Numbered from the stretch's first letter, positions 39,741 to 49,194 are shown. The stretch is 58,123 nucleotides of DNA from Christensenellales bacterium (GCA_051883555.1 JBJETY010000028.1:1-58123); one strand, 5' to 3'. The notes: a model not told the origin generated them from the letters alone. Numbers and translations are program-made.

Positions 39741-39769
39741 TTGACTTATCGGCATAAATAATTTATTAT
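39741..39769 (+). promoter_or_regulatory. SigA-type promoter
   Basis: TTGACT, 17 bp, TATTAT. Confidence 0.6.
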
Positions 39770-39851
39770 ATTGCTATAAAGAATTGATAAAGGGGTTTTC
39801 GATTTGATTAAATTTTTGCTAAAACGTTTCATAAAATCGACTACTTAAACT

Positions 39852-42263
39852 ATGCATATATTGTCAAACAAAAAATTGAATTATAAAAATAACTTTTCGT
39901 TTTTTTTAGCTTTAACTGCAATACTAATTTTATTTATTGCATTTGTTTTTCCGTGCGTATATAACGACGGCGAAATCGCAAAAGCAGATTCTTCAAATTA
40001 TGAAATAATTTTACCTGCCGGCAATTACGTTCAATTTGCTAATCCCGTCGCTTATTTTTGCGAAAACGGAATACATTACGTAAAAGACGGAAACCGCATT
40101 ATCGTGATTAAAGATACGGATACAATTGATTCAACCGCTTTTATAAATGCAGAATACGACGTCAAATCAATGGTGGTTTTCTTTAATTACCTTATCGTCA
40201 ATACGGGCGAAAAATTCGTAAAAATAAATTTGAACGACAATACGTCTTCCGATTTACTTCTTGAAAACGCAACCGTGGACTACAATCTGCTTAAATGCGG
40301 AAGTTATCTGTTTGCAATTAACCGCATTACCGGAGACACGATAATATACGATTCTACGTTTACAAAAATCAAAAACCAAACGGTAAAAGCATTCACACAG
40401 TGCGAATTATATTCGGCAAACGGTTACGTCTTTTCCGTATGGATTGATTTTAACTTGAGCACGGGCGTACACTTCATTGTCAGCAAAACGTCGCCTGACC
40501 TTACTACCGTAAATCTTTTCGAAATATCTTCTTTAAATAAAATTTACGTCGGAAACTATATCTACGTTTCATCCGACAACGCTCTGACCGCTTACGATGA
40601 AAACGGCAGCAAAGTTTTTACTGCTGAAATACAAACTGAAAACTCGGAAATTTATGCCGAAAACGATAAATTAAACGTTCTTAACAAATCGGAAAAATCT
40701 ATTGATTGCTTTACTGCTACAAAAGACGGCCTGACAATTGAAAAGTCGGTCAGAACAAGCGGCAAAAACGGACATTTCGATAATATAAACGGAGCAATTA
40801 AATCGGGGGATTCTATAGCAGTCGTCGATTCAAACGGTTTATATTTTGAAAACAACTTTATCGAAACTGCAAATTCCGATTCCGTATGTTTTTATAAAGA
40901 AAAAATATGCTATTCAAGCGATAGCAACTTTTTTATAACAGACGGAACAAGCTCTACAATAATCGACGTCGGTTGCAAAATTTCGGATATCGCCGCTTGC
41001 GACGACTTCGTATTTATTTTAACTGAAGACGCCGTATATGAGTTTGACGGACAAAACGTCAAACCGCTCTTAAATTTCGGCGGCAAAAAAATTGCGACGA
41101 CAAAAAGCGGAAATCTCGTTTACGTGCTTAATTCGACCACGGGATTTAAAGCGTTCACAACCGATGGCGAAGAAGCTGTTTTCCCTTTTAACGAAGCTGT
41201 CGACGACGTTATCGATTTCGATATAGATTACGTAGGAAATCTTCTTATTGTCAAAAATAATTCGGCAATAAAATATAAATGTTCTCTTCTGCAATTCGAA
41301 AAAGAAAGCGAAATTGCTCTTTCAAAAGAAAATTACCTTCTCGGCGATATCAAATCCGTTTCCGTTTCCGGCGAAAACGAATTTATCTTTTCAACGACAA
41401 TGAATTTTGTCGGCAAATCTTCCGCGTTTTCTTTTGTTACCGAAAATAACTACGTTCCTACCCTTCCCCCTGAAATTAACAGCGTATGCAATGCCATAAC
41501 GAACAAGCAAACGTTTTTTTACAAAGATTACAAAAACTATGAAAGCGTTGAAGAAATTTCCGACAAATCAAAAATCATATTTCTTGAAAATGCCGATGAA
41601 AATTTTTCATACGTGCTCTGGGGAAATAAAGTCGGATACGTTAAAACGTCAGACGTGACTAAAACCGAAGACGCGTGGAACGGCGACAGCGTTCTAAGAG
41701 TTATGTTGCAAAAAACTCGTCTTTATTACTTCCCTTCACAAGAAAAATCTGAATATATAACCGTTGAAAACGGTACGAAACTTATTATCGTCGGCGAAGG
41801 TTATCAAAACGAGCAAAACTGGTATAAGGTTCAGTACGACGGAAAAAAATATTACGTTATCGTCGCAGGTCTTGCGTTCGACTCGGAACAGGCATTGACA
41901 AACGAAAAGGCCGCATATGGCAGAGCAAAATCGTCTAAGGTCGGCACAAAAGTAGCGTTATACACGCTTCCCGACGAAAAATCCACGCTAATAACAAATA
42001 TTATCGACGGCAAAGAGCTGACGATAATCGGCGAAGAAATAAACGGTTTTTATAAAGTAAAAATCGGCACTCAAACTGGCTACATAAAAACGGAAAATCT
42101 CAAATGGGGCGGATTGACAAACGTACAGATTATTTCAATAACCTGTGCCGCCGTAGCAATTGTTGCGGGAATTATCATTCTAATTGTAACAACAAAATTG
42201 AAAAAGAAAAAAGATTTAGCGAACAAAAACAACGACGATACAAATACTATCCGAAAAATTTAA
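39852..42263 (+). CDS. Surface protein: signal peptide, beta-rich (propeller-like) region, ~3 SH3b-like domains, C-terminal TM anchor
   Basis: Hydrophobic N-terminus ending AKA; WYKVQY, FYKVKIG..TGYI, VGYVKTS; TM helix plus KLKKKK tail. Confidence 0.65.
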   Translation: MHILSNKKLNYKNNFSFFLALTAILILFIAFVFPCVYNDGEIAKADSSNYEIILPAGNYVQFANPVAYFCENGIHYVKDGNRIIVIKDTDTIDSTAFINAEYDVKSMVVFFNYLIVNTGEKFVKINLNDNTSSDLLLENATVDYNLLKCGSYLFAINRITGDTIIYDSTFTKIKNQTVKAFTQCELYSANGYVFSVWIDFNLSTGVHFIVSKTSPDLTTVNLFEISSLNKIYVGNYIYVSSDNALTAYDENGSKVFTAEIQTENSEIYAENDKLNVLNKSEKSIDCFTATKDGLTIEKSVRTSGKNGHFDNINGAIKSGDSIAVVDSNGLYFENNFIETANSDSVCFYKEKICYSSDSNFFITDGTSSTIIDVGCKISDIAACDDFVFILTEDAVYEFDGQNVKPLLNFGGKKIATTKSGNLVYVLNSTTGFKAFTTDGEEAVFPFNEAVDDVIDFDIDYVGNLLIVKNNSAIKYKCSLLQFEKESEIALSKENYLLGDIKSVSVSGENEFIFSTTMNFVGKSSAFSFVTENNYVPTLPPEINSVCNAITNKQTFFYKDYKNYESVEEISDKSKIIFLENADENFSYVLWGNKVGYVKTSDVTKTEDAWNGDSVLRVMLQKTRLYYFPSQEKSEYITVENGTKLIIVGEGYQNEQNWYKVQYDGKKYYVIVAGLAFDSEQALTNEKAAYGRAKSSKVGTKVALYTLPDEKSTLITNIIDGKELTIIGEEINGFYKVKIGTQTGYIKTENLKWGGLTNVQIISITCAAVAIVAGIIILIVTTKLKKKKDLANKNNDDTNTIRKI

Positions 42264-42510
42264 TACTGTTAAAATGCGATATGATAAACGTTTCGAAAAT
42301 TTTCTTACTAATAAATGCGGAATTGAAATAATAAATTGACGATAAATGAATATAACAATAAATCAGTAAATCAGTAAATCAATAAACGATAGATTGATAA
42401 ATAGATTATTTAATAGATAGATTGGGAGAAAAATTAAGTTTAACAATAAAGATATGCCAAAATAAAGCTAAAATAAGAATTAGCAAATATAACAAAATAG
42501 ACAATATTTA

Positions 42511-42546
42511 AAAATAGGCAATATTTAATTTAATATTGCCTATTTT
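42511..42546. terminator. Bidirectional terminator
   Basis: AAAATAGGCAATATT-TAATTT-AATATTGCCTATTTT. Confidence 0.8.
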
Positions 42547-42627
42547 TATTATCATTACATTTATATTTTATCAGCTGTAAAACAATTAACTCTGTCTCTT
42601 GCCACTGCTTTATGCACTGCTTTAAAA

Positions 42628-43137
42628 CTATACAAGCTTACTCTGCAAAGTCGTAGCAAATTGAGACGTCTCACTTTCGGTTTTTAAATTAAAAACGTAA
42701 TAGTTATCCGTTTTGGTTTTGACTATAACGTACTTATTTACGTTGTTATAAATATACAATTTATATCGGCCGTAATCGTCGTTACTAAAAGTGCCGGTAC
42801 TTATTTTATACAAGTCGCTGCCCATTTCTTTATTCCCGGACGAAATATTAGAAGTGCATTCGACAGATTCAATGTCGGAAATTGATACTTTCGACGACTG
42901 GGTGAGCGTTGCCTTAATTTTTAAAACGTCACCGTCGATTGTTGCCGTTACGTCACCGACTAAAAAGAGAACGAGTAGCGTGCACAAAAACATCGCTGCA
43001 CATACCGTCCATAAAATAATTTTTCCGTATTTTATTTTTTGCGTCTTTTTTCGGTCAATAGTACTTTCCTGGCAATTTATGCCGTCAGCCGATTCTTCAA
43101 TATCATAATAATTAGAATCTTTATGGTTTTTTATCAT
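42628..43137 (-). CDS. Small membrane protein, possible bacterial PH-like domain
   Basis: One TM helix then beta-rich domain (YGRYKLYIY, YVIVKT, YYVFN) ending in a helix; GAGG RBS. Confidence 0.5.
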   Translation of the reverse strand: MIKNHKDSNYYDIEESADGINCQESTIDRKKTQKIKYGKIILWTVCAAMFLCTLLVLFLVGDVTATIDGDVLKIKATLTQSSKVSISDIESVECTSNISSGNKEMGSDLYKISTGTFSNDDYGRYKLYIYNNVNKYVIVKTKTDNYYVFNLKTESETSQFATTLQSKLV

Positions 43138-43378
43138 ATACACCTCAGCAATATTTTAACATAATATAGCGAAAAATCAATCATTATTTATTGATTGATT
43201 TCTAAATTTTTACCGTATTAAATTTTAACGTAATGCTTCTCCGATATTCAGATAACGGTGATAAACTTTTATTTAAGACAATTGATGCAATAAGACGCAA
43301 ATGATAAATTTTTTTATTCATATTATGATGATAAAATTTATTCAGATGAATTATGATAATATGAATATTTAACAAAAT

Positions 43379-43409
43379 ATAAACGACTCCGATTTACGGA
43401 GTCGTTTAT
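43379..43409. terminator. Terminator after the helical/uL15-domain gene
   Basis: ATAAACGACTCCG-ATTTA-CGGAGTCGTTTAT. Confidence 0.85.
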
Positions 43410-43482
43410 TTAACTTTAACTTATCTTTAAATACGTCTAGTAATTACGACTTAAACCAAATAAATTTACTCAAAATTATGAA

Positions 43483-45369
43483 TTATTTTTTTGATTCGTC
43501 TTTCTTTTTCTGCTCGTCTTCGTCAGCAGGTTTATACACAAGTTTAGGAACGGTATATACCAACTGAACGACTCTGCCTTTTGACGCTTTAATAGATTTA
43601 ATTGAGGCGAGTTCAAATTCATTAGCGGTTACAGACAATTTAACTTCTATGTTTGCAGAGCCGGTAATTGATAAATGATTGACGTTTTTATCGATAACAT
43701 TTTTTCTCTTTAACGTAGTAACGTCAACCGAACCGCCATATGGGAAAGCTTTAAGTATATCTTTCAATGAAAGCGTAACTTTATTGAGGTTTTCAGGTCT
43801 TTCCACTTCACGAAGAATCATGCTGAATTCTTTTTTGTTTTCTTTGGCTTCAAGAGCTTTAAGCTTCTTTTCGGCGTCTTCTTTTGCCTTTTTAAGCTCG
43901 GTGAATATTTTTTCCTCTTCTTTCAAAGATTGCTTAAACTCAGCTTGTTTTTTCTTAACTTCTTTCTCTTCCTCAGCTTTCTGTTTAGCAACAACGGCCT
44001 TTTCAGCCTGACGTTTCTTTTCGTCTTCCTTTAATTGTGCCAAACGATTCTTTTGTTCTTCTTCGTGTAATTTCTGCTCTTCTGCAGCCTTACGCTTCTT
44101 TTCTTCTAAGATAGCCTTATCAACTTCTGCAATTGCCTTCTGGCTTTCAACGCGTTTCTGTTGTTCGGCTTTTCTTTCGTTCTCAAGCTGAAGCTCTTTA
44201 GCTTTGCGAAGTTTATCTTCTTCGGCTTTCTTTCTTAATATCTCTTTTGCTCTTTCTTTAGCGTCGTTTTCAGCAACTGCACGGTCCATCATAATCTCTT
44301 TTTCACGAGCAAGACCACGTTGACGTTCTTCTTCGATTAAACGTTTCGTGTTGGCAGTTCTTTCTTTTATTTCCTGAGCGCGTCTCTTTTCTTCTTCAGC
44401 TTTTAATCTGTTTCTTTCTTTTTCGTCCGCTTTAATTCTTGCGTCTATTGCCGCTCTCTGCTTAGCGCGCATATCTTCGTAAGCTTTTCTTTCGGCTGCA
44501 AGCTGTTCGGCTCTTTGTTTATCAAGTTCTTCCTGTTCTTTTAATGATTGAGCAATTTTAGCCTTAATGAATTTATCATGTTCAGCCTTTGCTCTTGCAT
44601 CGGAAGACGTACGAAGTTGTCTTTCCTTTTCGCTTTCTTCCTGGAACTTTTTCAGAATCATTGCCTGGCGTTTTTCACGCTCTTCTTTGAATTTAAGGTC
44701 TGCCTGGCGTTCGGCTTCCTTTTCCTTTCTATGCTCTTCAGCCTGCCTTGATGCCTCAGCTAAAATGGACGCCATATAGCGCTCACGCTCTTTTTGATAT
44801 TCGATTCTTTCTTTTTCTCTTTCTTTTTGTGCGAGCTCCTGTTGCTTATCACATTCGGCAGCCTTCTTCTCTACCTCTTTCTGAAGTGCGGCTCTAGCTT
44901 TTTCTGACGCTTTTTGGTCAGCAATCTTTGCTTTTCTAATTTCTTCCTGCTCTCTTTCGATGGAAGCAACATACGCCTTGCTGGCAGCTACACGCTTCCT
45001 TTCATCTTCCAAACGCATTTGTTCAAGCTCTTCGAGACGAGCAGCATATCTTGCCTTTGCCTGTTCTTCAAGTATACGACGCTTTTCTGCCGCTTCTTCT
45101 TCGGCTTTTAAACGTTCCATCTCTTCTTTTTCGCGTATTTCTTGTTGTGCAAGCCACTTTTCTCTTTCTGCAGCCTCAATTTTACGTTTTTTTGCAAGCA
45201 GTTCTTCCTCTTTTGCAAACTTAGCCTTACGTTTTGCTTCTTCGTTAGCCTCACGTTGCTTAATATTCTCAAAGCTACATCCGATCAATGAATCGTCACG
45301 ATGCTTTGCTTTTGCCAAACAACGGTCGTTAAGCACCGGTTCAGCATACTGTCTTGTATTTTTGCCCAT
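43483..45369 (-). CDS. Long E/K/R/A-rich helical protein with C-terminal uL15-like domain
   Basis: aa ~35-520 charged and helix-forming, essentially without Pro/Gly; aa 529-605 resemble the L15 C-terminal domain; AGGAGG RBS. Confidence 0.75.
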   Translation of the reverse strand: MGKNTRQYAEPVLNDRCLAKAKHRDDSLIGCSFENIKQREANEEAKRKAKFAKEEELLAKKRKIEAAEREKWLAQQEIREKEEMERLKAEEEAAEKRRILEEQAKARYAARLEELEQMRLEDERKRVAASKAYVASIEREQEEIRKAKIADQKASEKARAALQKEVEKKAAECDKQQELAQKEREKERIEYQKERERYMASILAEASRQAEEHRKEKEAERQADLKFKEEREKRQAMILKKFQEESEKERQLRTSSDARAKAEHDKFIKAKIAQSLKEQEELDKQRAEQLAAERKAYEDMRAKQRAAIDARIKADEKERNRLKAEEEKRRAQEIKERTANTKRLIEEERQRGLAREKEIMMDRAVAENDAKERAKEILRKKAEEDKLRKAKELQLENERKAEQQKRVESQKAIAEVDKAILEEKKRKAAEEQKLHEEEQKNRLAQLKEDEKKRQAEKAVVAKQKAEEEKEVKKKQAEFKQSLKEEEKIFTELKKAKEDAEKKLKALEAKENKKEFSMILREVERPENLNKVTLSLKDILKAFPYGGSVDVTTLKRKNVIDKNVNHLSITGSANIEVKLSVTANEFELASIKSIKASKGRVVQLVYTVPKLVYKPADEDEQKKKDESKK

Positions 45370-45664
45370 AATTTCCTCCTAACAACGCCAATCATAGTTT
45401 ATAATATTAATACTGCAAATAATCTAATACTATATCTTAATTAATTCTAACAAATAATACAAAAAAAAACAATACCTAATTTAATATTTTTAAAATTTTT
45501 ATATTTTTAGACTTTTCATCATTTTTTTATCATTTATAATGTAAAAAATAAACAAATATATCAAACGTATTTTTTATAAAATGAGAAACAGATTTAAATT
45601 CTATAAGTTTAAAAAAATCAGCCAAGTAAAAGCAACATAAATAGACTTTCAAACTTTTGCAAAA

Positions 45665-45702
45665 TAAAACCTGAAACAGTATTAAACATGTTTCAGGTTT
45701 TA
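45665..45702. terminator. Terminator after the SDR gene
   Basis: TAAAACCTGAAACA...TGTTTCAGGTTTTA. Confidence 0.75.
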
Positions 45703-45883
45703 AATCATTAGCTCTAAAAACTACTCTGCTCCTTGCCGATTTGCATTTAACTTACTTTAATCATAGTCTACGTTTAACATATTTACAATGCTATAAATAT
45801 CTTCCTATTCAGACCGATAGCAAAACAGCAGCATATTTTGAAAGAGACGGACTAAGGCAAGAAACCGCTCCTTCATTTTGCAC

Positions 45884-46687
45884 TTACCATACGCGGGAAT
45901 TGAGCTGACGGAATTGTGCGACAGTGGAAGAGTGAGAGTTAAGTCCGCCGTCTACGTTGATAATCTGCCCCGTTACGTACGCACTTTCGTCGGAGGCAAG
46001 GTATACGCACATATATCCGATATCCTCAGGGCAACCATAGCGATTTACCATAATATTGCTCGTAAAAATGTCTTTGAGCGTTTGTGAAACGTATGCGTCG
46101 TTTTCAGGCGTAACAATCAGACCGGGGCGAACGCAATTACAACGGATATTTTGCTTGCCGTACTGCAATGCAGTATACTCGGTAAGTTTGTCTACCCCTG
46201 CTTTTGCACAGGCATAAGCGGTAGAGCTCAAATCGCCGTTGCACGACGCAACGGAACCAATATTGATGATAGAACCGCCGTTTTCATTCTTTTGCAAATA
46301 AGGCAACACGGTTTTTGTTGCATAAAAAGTACCGCGCATATCGCTCTGAAAAATATTATCCCACATTTCAAGCGTAAGCTCGTCCACACGGCCGTCTTTT
46401 AAAGCGACGTTTGCCGCATTGTTTACCAATACGTCGATTTTGCCGTACTTTTCAACCGTATCAGCAAAAAGTTTCTCGATGCTGTCCGGTACCGTAATAT
46501 CCATATAGTGATACCACGCCTCGCCGCCGTCGTTTATGATTCTGTCCACGACCGCTTGTCCTTTCTCCTGACGTCTTCCGCAAATAACCACTTTTGCACC
46601 TTCTGCCGCAAACAGTCTTGCGATGCCGATACCTATTCCGCTTGTAGAACCGGTAACGATTGCAACTTTGTCTTTTAATCTGTACAT
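45884..46687 (-). CDS. Classical SDR oxidoreductase, 7alpha-hydroxysteroid-dehydrogenase-like, probably NADP(H)
   Basis: TGSTSGIG, GRR, VNNAA, GSV, YACAK, ALQYGKQNIRCNCVRPGLI. Confidence 0.8.
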   Translation of the reverse strand: MYRLKDKVAIVTGSTSGIGIGIARLFAAEGAKVVICGRRQEKGQAVVDRIINDGGEAWYHYMDITVPDSIEKLFADTVEKYGKIDVLVNNAANVALKDGRVDELTLEMWDNIFQSDMRGTFYATKTVLPYLQKNENGGSIINIGSVASCNGDLSSTAYACAKAGVDKLTEYTALQYGKQNIRCNCVRPGLIVTPENDAYVSQTLKDIFTSNIMVNRYGCPEDIGYMCVYLASDESAYVTGQIINVDGGLNSHSSTVAQFRQLNSRVW

Positions 46688-47041
46688 ATATATACCACCT
46701 AAAATTTATTACATAATTAATATTTTTTTATTTTTTTTATTTTATCACATATTTTGAAGAATAAAATCTTTTTTAATTATTATTTTATCTACGTTTTTAA
46801 AAATCTCCCTAATAATATTCTTTTATACGAATCTCACCTAGCAACGCATTCTGACCTTTCGCCTTTAAAAATAAGATTCATCTTTTTTTTGCTTGATTAT
46901 AACACTCCGTCTATTAAAATTCCCCTGCTGAATTTTTAACAGATAAAACCAACATTTTTTGACTTGCGTTACATTTTTATTGATCGATAAAATTTTCTTA
47001 TAGTATTCAATTTTTTAACATACGCCATCATATATAAATAT

Positions 47042-47080
47042 AAAAAAGCCGACGTCTTACCTCCTCGTAAAACGTCGACA
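47042..47080. terminator. Stable hairpin, terminator-like on the minus strand, with SD/anti-SD loop
   Basis: Minus strand GTCGACGTTTTAC-GAGGAG-GTAAGACGTCGGC-TTTTTT. Confidence 0.55.
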
Positions 47081-47252
47081 TAAATCGTTGAATTTTATTT
47101 TGACAAAACCTAATTTCGTAAGCCGCTTTTTACGCCGTGGCAATTTACCGTTCAAAAACTAGCGGATAGCCTTAATAGTTTTAGTTTTGCAAAATAGCAT
47201 ATTCTCTATTAATTACACATTGACAGCGTTAAGCAGTATTTCATTGCAAAAT

Positions 47253-47281
47253 AAAATAGGACAGGCAACCTGTCCTATTTT
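47253..47281 (-). terminator. Terminator after tRNA-Ala
   Basis: AAAATAGGACAGG-CAA-CCTGTCCTATTTT immediately 3' of the CCA end. Confidence 0.88.
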
Positions 47282-47282
47282 A

Positions 47283-47358
47283 TGGTGGAGCTAATGGGAT
47301 TCGAACCCACGACCTATGCGTTGCGAACGCATCGCTCTACCAACTGAGCCATAGCCCC
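47283..47358 (-). tRNA. tRNA-Ala(CGC)
   Basis: GGGGCTATGGCTCAGTTGGTAGAGCGATGCGTTCGCAACGCATAGGTCGTGGGTTCGAATCCCATTAGCTCCACCA; anticodon CGC, G3:U70 identity pair, encoded CCA. Confidence 0.97.
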
Positions 47359-47448
47359 ATATCGAAGCCGCAAATGCGACTTCAAAATTATTATTATTAA
47401 GTTTTAATATTTAGCCGACAAATTTCATCGGATAAAATTTACTCTTTA

Positions 47449-49194
47449 TCAGGAACTTTGCTCTTTATCAGGTTCATTTTCGCCCGAAGAGTTTTTTCCT
47501 TTTGACTTTTTGTTTACCGTAACAACAACGCATATAATTATCGCTACAAGCACAACGCTCATCACAACGCCCATGACTATTGCGGTAATTTTTTCAGATT
47601 CGCTTATGCCGTCAACCGAAGCAACGGTCGGTCTGCCACTGCCCGAACCCGATTTTAACACAATTTCCGAATCTGTTTGCTTAACGTATTTCGGAACGAT
47701 TTCGTTGACGTAAGCAAGACCTGTAAGGTAACTTGGAGCAAATCCGTTTAAGGCGTCACAAGAGTCATTGAGCAACGGTCCGTGTTTTACGCCGTAAACC
47801 AAGTGAACGTTTTTGGCGTCAAGCGCAAAACCTGCAGTTGCACTACCGGCAGGAACAGTTCCGTCACCGGCGCCATAGAACAAACCGTCTTTATATCCGG
47901 TAATTTTCTGTCCCGTTCCGGAAGTCTGACCGTCTTCCCTACCGTTTATGTATTTATCGTAAATTGAGCCGACCGCGCTGAATTCAGTCAAATCTGCATC
48001 GGTGGAATAAAGTTTCCAGTTTCCGTTTTCGTCCGTAACAAGATTTGTTACTTTGCAAGTAGAAAGACCGACGCCCAAAACATATTCCGTAGGAACAAGT
48101 TTTGACACATGCACTTTTTCTGCAGACGATGCGTCCTCAACGTAATGTCCGAGCTTAGAATCATAAGTTGCATTTACATAAAACGCTTCCTGATACTCTT
48201 TAAGATTCTTGATAAACGACTTTGTTTCGCCGTTAGAATCATACGCCCACGATTGTGCTATAAGCGCTTCGTAAAATTCATCATAAGATACGGCAACTCC
48301 GTCAATCGTAATAGGAGAAGTACCTCCGCTATACGAATTGAAATATTCCTCGTTAGGCAACAACTCAACCACGGAAGGGATAGTTCTTGCAACCTCTGCA
48401 AGATTAAACGTCAATCCCATTGCATCCAAAGTAGGCTTTAATGAAGCAAACGCGTCTTCGCTGAACAAGTTCGTAATCGCGTCCATACTACCGAGAAACG
48501 GTGCGCCGAACGGAACGAAAAGTTCTACCTTTTCTCTGTTCTCAGCTTTTTGAAGCCAATTCGAAACAACGATTCCGCCCATTGAATGGGTATAGAATTG
48601 TACTTTTTCGTATCCGCATTTATTTATAAATTCTTCAAGATGTTTAGCCGATTCGACGTTGCTTTGACGCCAGTCGTATTGCCAGACCAAAACGTCGTAT
48701 TGTTCATGATAATTTGCGTATAAAATCTCCCAAAGATATCCCATACCGCCAAAGCTGTCGGCAGGATTCGAGCTTTGCATATTGCAAACTCTTGCCAAGG
48801 TATTAGGTACGCCTTCTTCATCACAAGCAAGATATTCGATTAAAATATTTTGCAATAAATATTTCTTTTTCTCTTTATATTCAGAACTGTCTCTTTGAGA
48901 ATCCGGATACTCTTCATTTAAAGCGGCAAGTCGAGTAGTATATATTTTAGCAAGACGAATAAAACCTGTCGGACACCACATAGGTTCGTCGGTTGATTCT
49001 TCATATAAAGCGCTTGCCATAAGTCCCGGTATAAGAATCATAGCCTTATCTTTTGTAGGCGTATAATCTTCTTCGTATATAGCACCTTTCGGAGCCTCTT
49101 CGTCAGTCTCATTATTGCATGCACTGAGCACGGCAAATGAACAACAGAGAATGGCTACAACCATAAAAAGTGCAAAAAATCTTTTAGCTCTCAT
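47449..49194 (-). CDS. LCAT/PGAP1-like alpha/beta-hydrolase lipoprotein with C-terminal TM anchor
   Basis: Lipobox LSAC (Cys26), LIPGLMAS, YDWRQS, THSMGG nucleophile elbow, GAPFLGS, GDGTVP, KHGPL; TM helix near the C-terminus. Confidence 0.75.
   Translation of the reverse strand: MRAKRFFALFMVVAILCCSFAVLSACNNETDEEAPKGAIYEEDYTPTKDKAMILIPGLMASALYEESTDEPMWCPTGFIRLAKIYTTRLAALNEEYPDSQRDSSEYKEKKKYLLQNILIEYLACDEEGVPNTLARVCNMQSSNPADSFGGMGYLWEILYANYHEQYDVLVWQYDWRQSNVESAKHLEEFINKCGYEKVQFYTHSMGGIVVSNWLQKAENREKVELFVPFGAPFLGSMDAITNLFSEDAFASLKPTLDAMGLTFNLAEVARTIPSVVELLPNEEYFNSYSGGTSPITIDGVAVSYDEFYEALIAQSWAYDSNGETKSFIKNLKEYQEAFYVNATYDSKLGHYVEDASSAEKVHVSKLVPTEYVLGVGLSTCKVTNLVTDENGNWKLYSTDADLTEFSAVGSIYDKYINGREDGQTSGTGQKITGYKDGLFYGAGDGTVPAGSATAGFALDAKNVHLVYGVKHGPLLNDSCDALNGFAPSYLTGLAYVNEIVPKYVKQTDSEIVLKSGSGSGRPTVASVDGISESEKITAIVMGVVMSVVLVAIIICVVVTVNKKSKGKNSSGENEPDKEQSS

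Noticed and set aside
45400-47282. Genomic island with attR duplication of the tRNA-Ala 3' end
   Set aside because: No second copy of the GCTCCACCA end and no integrase found
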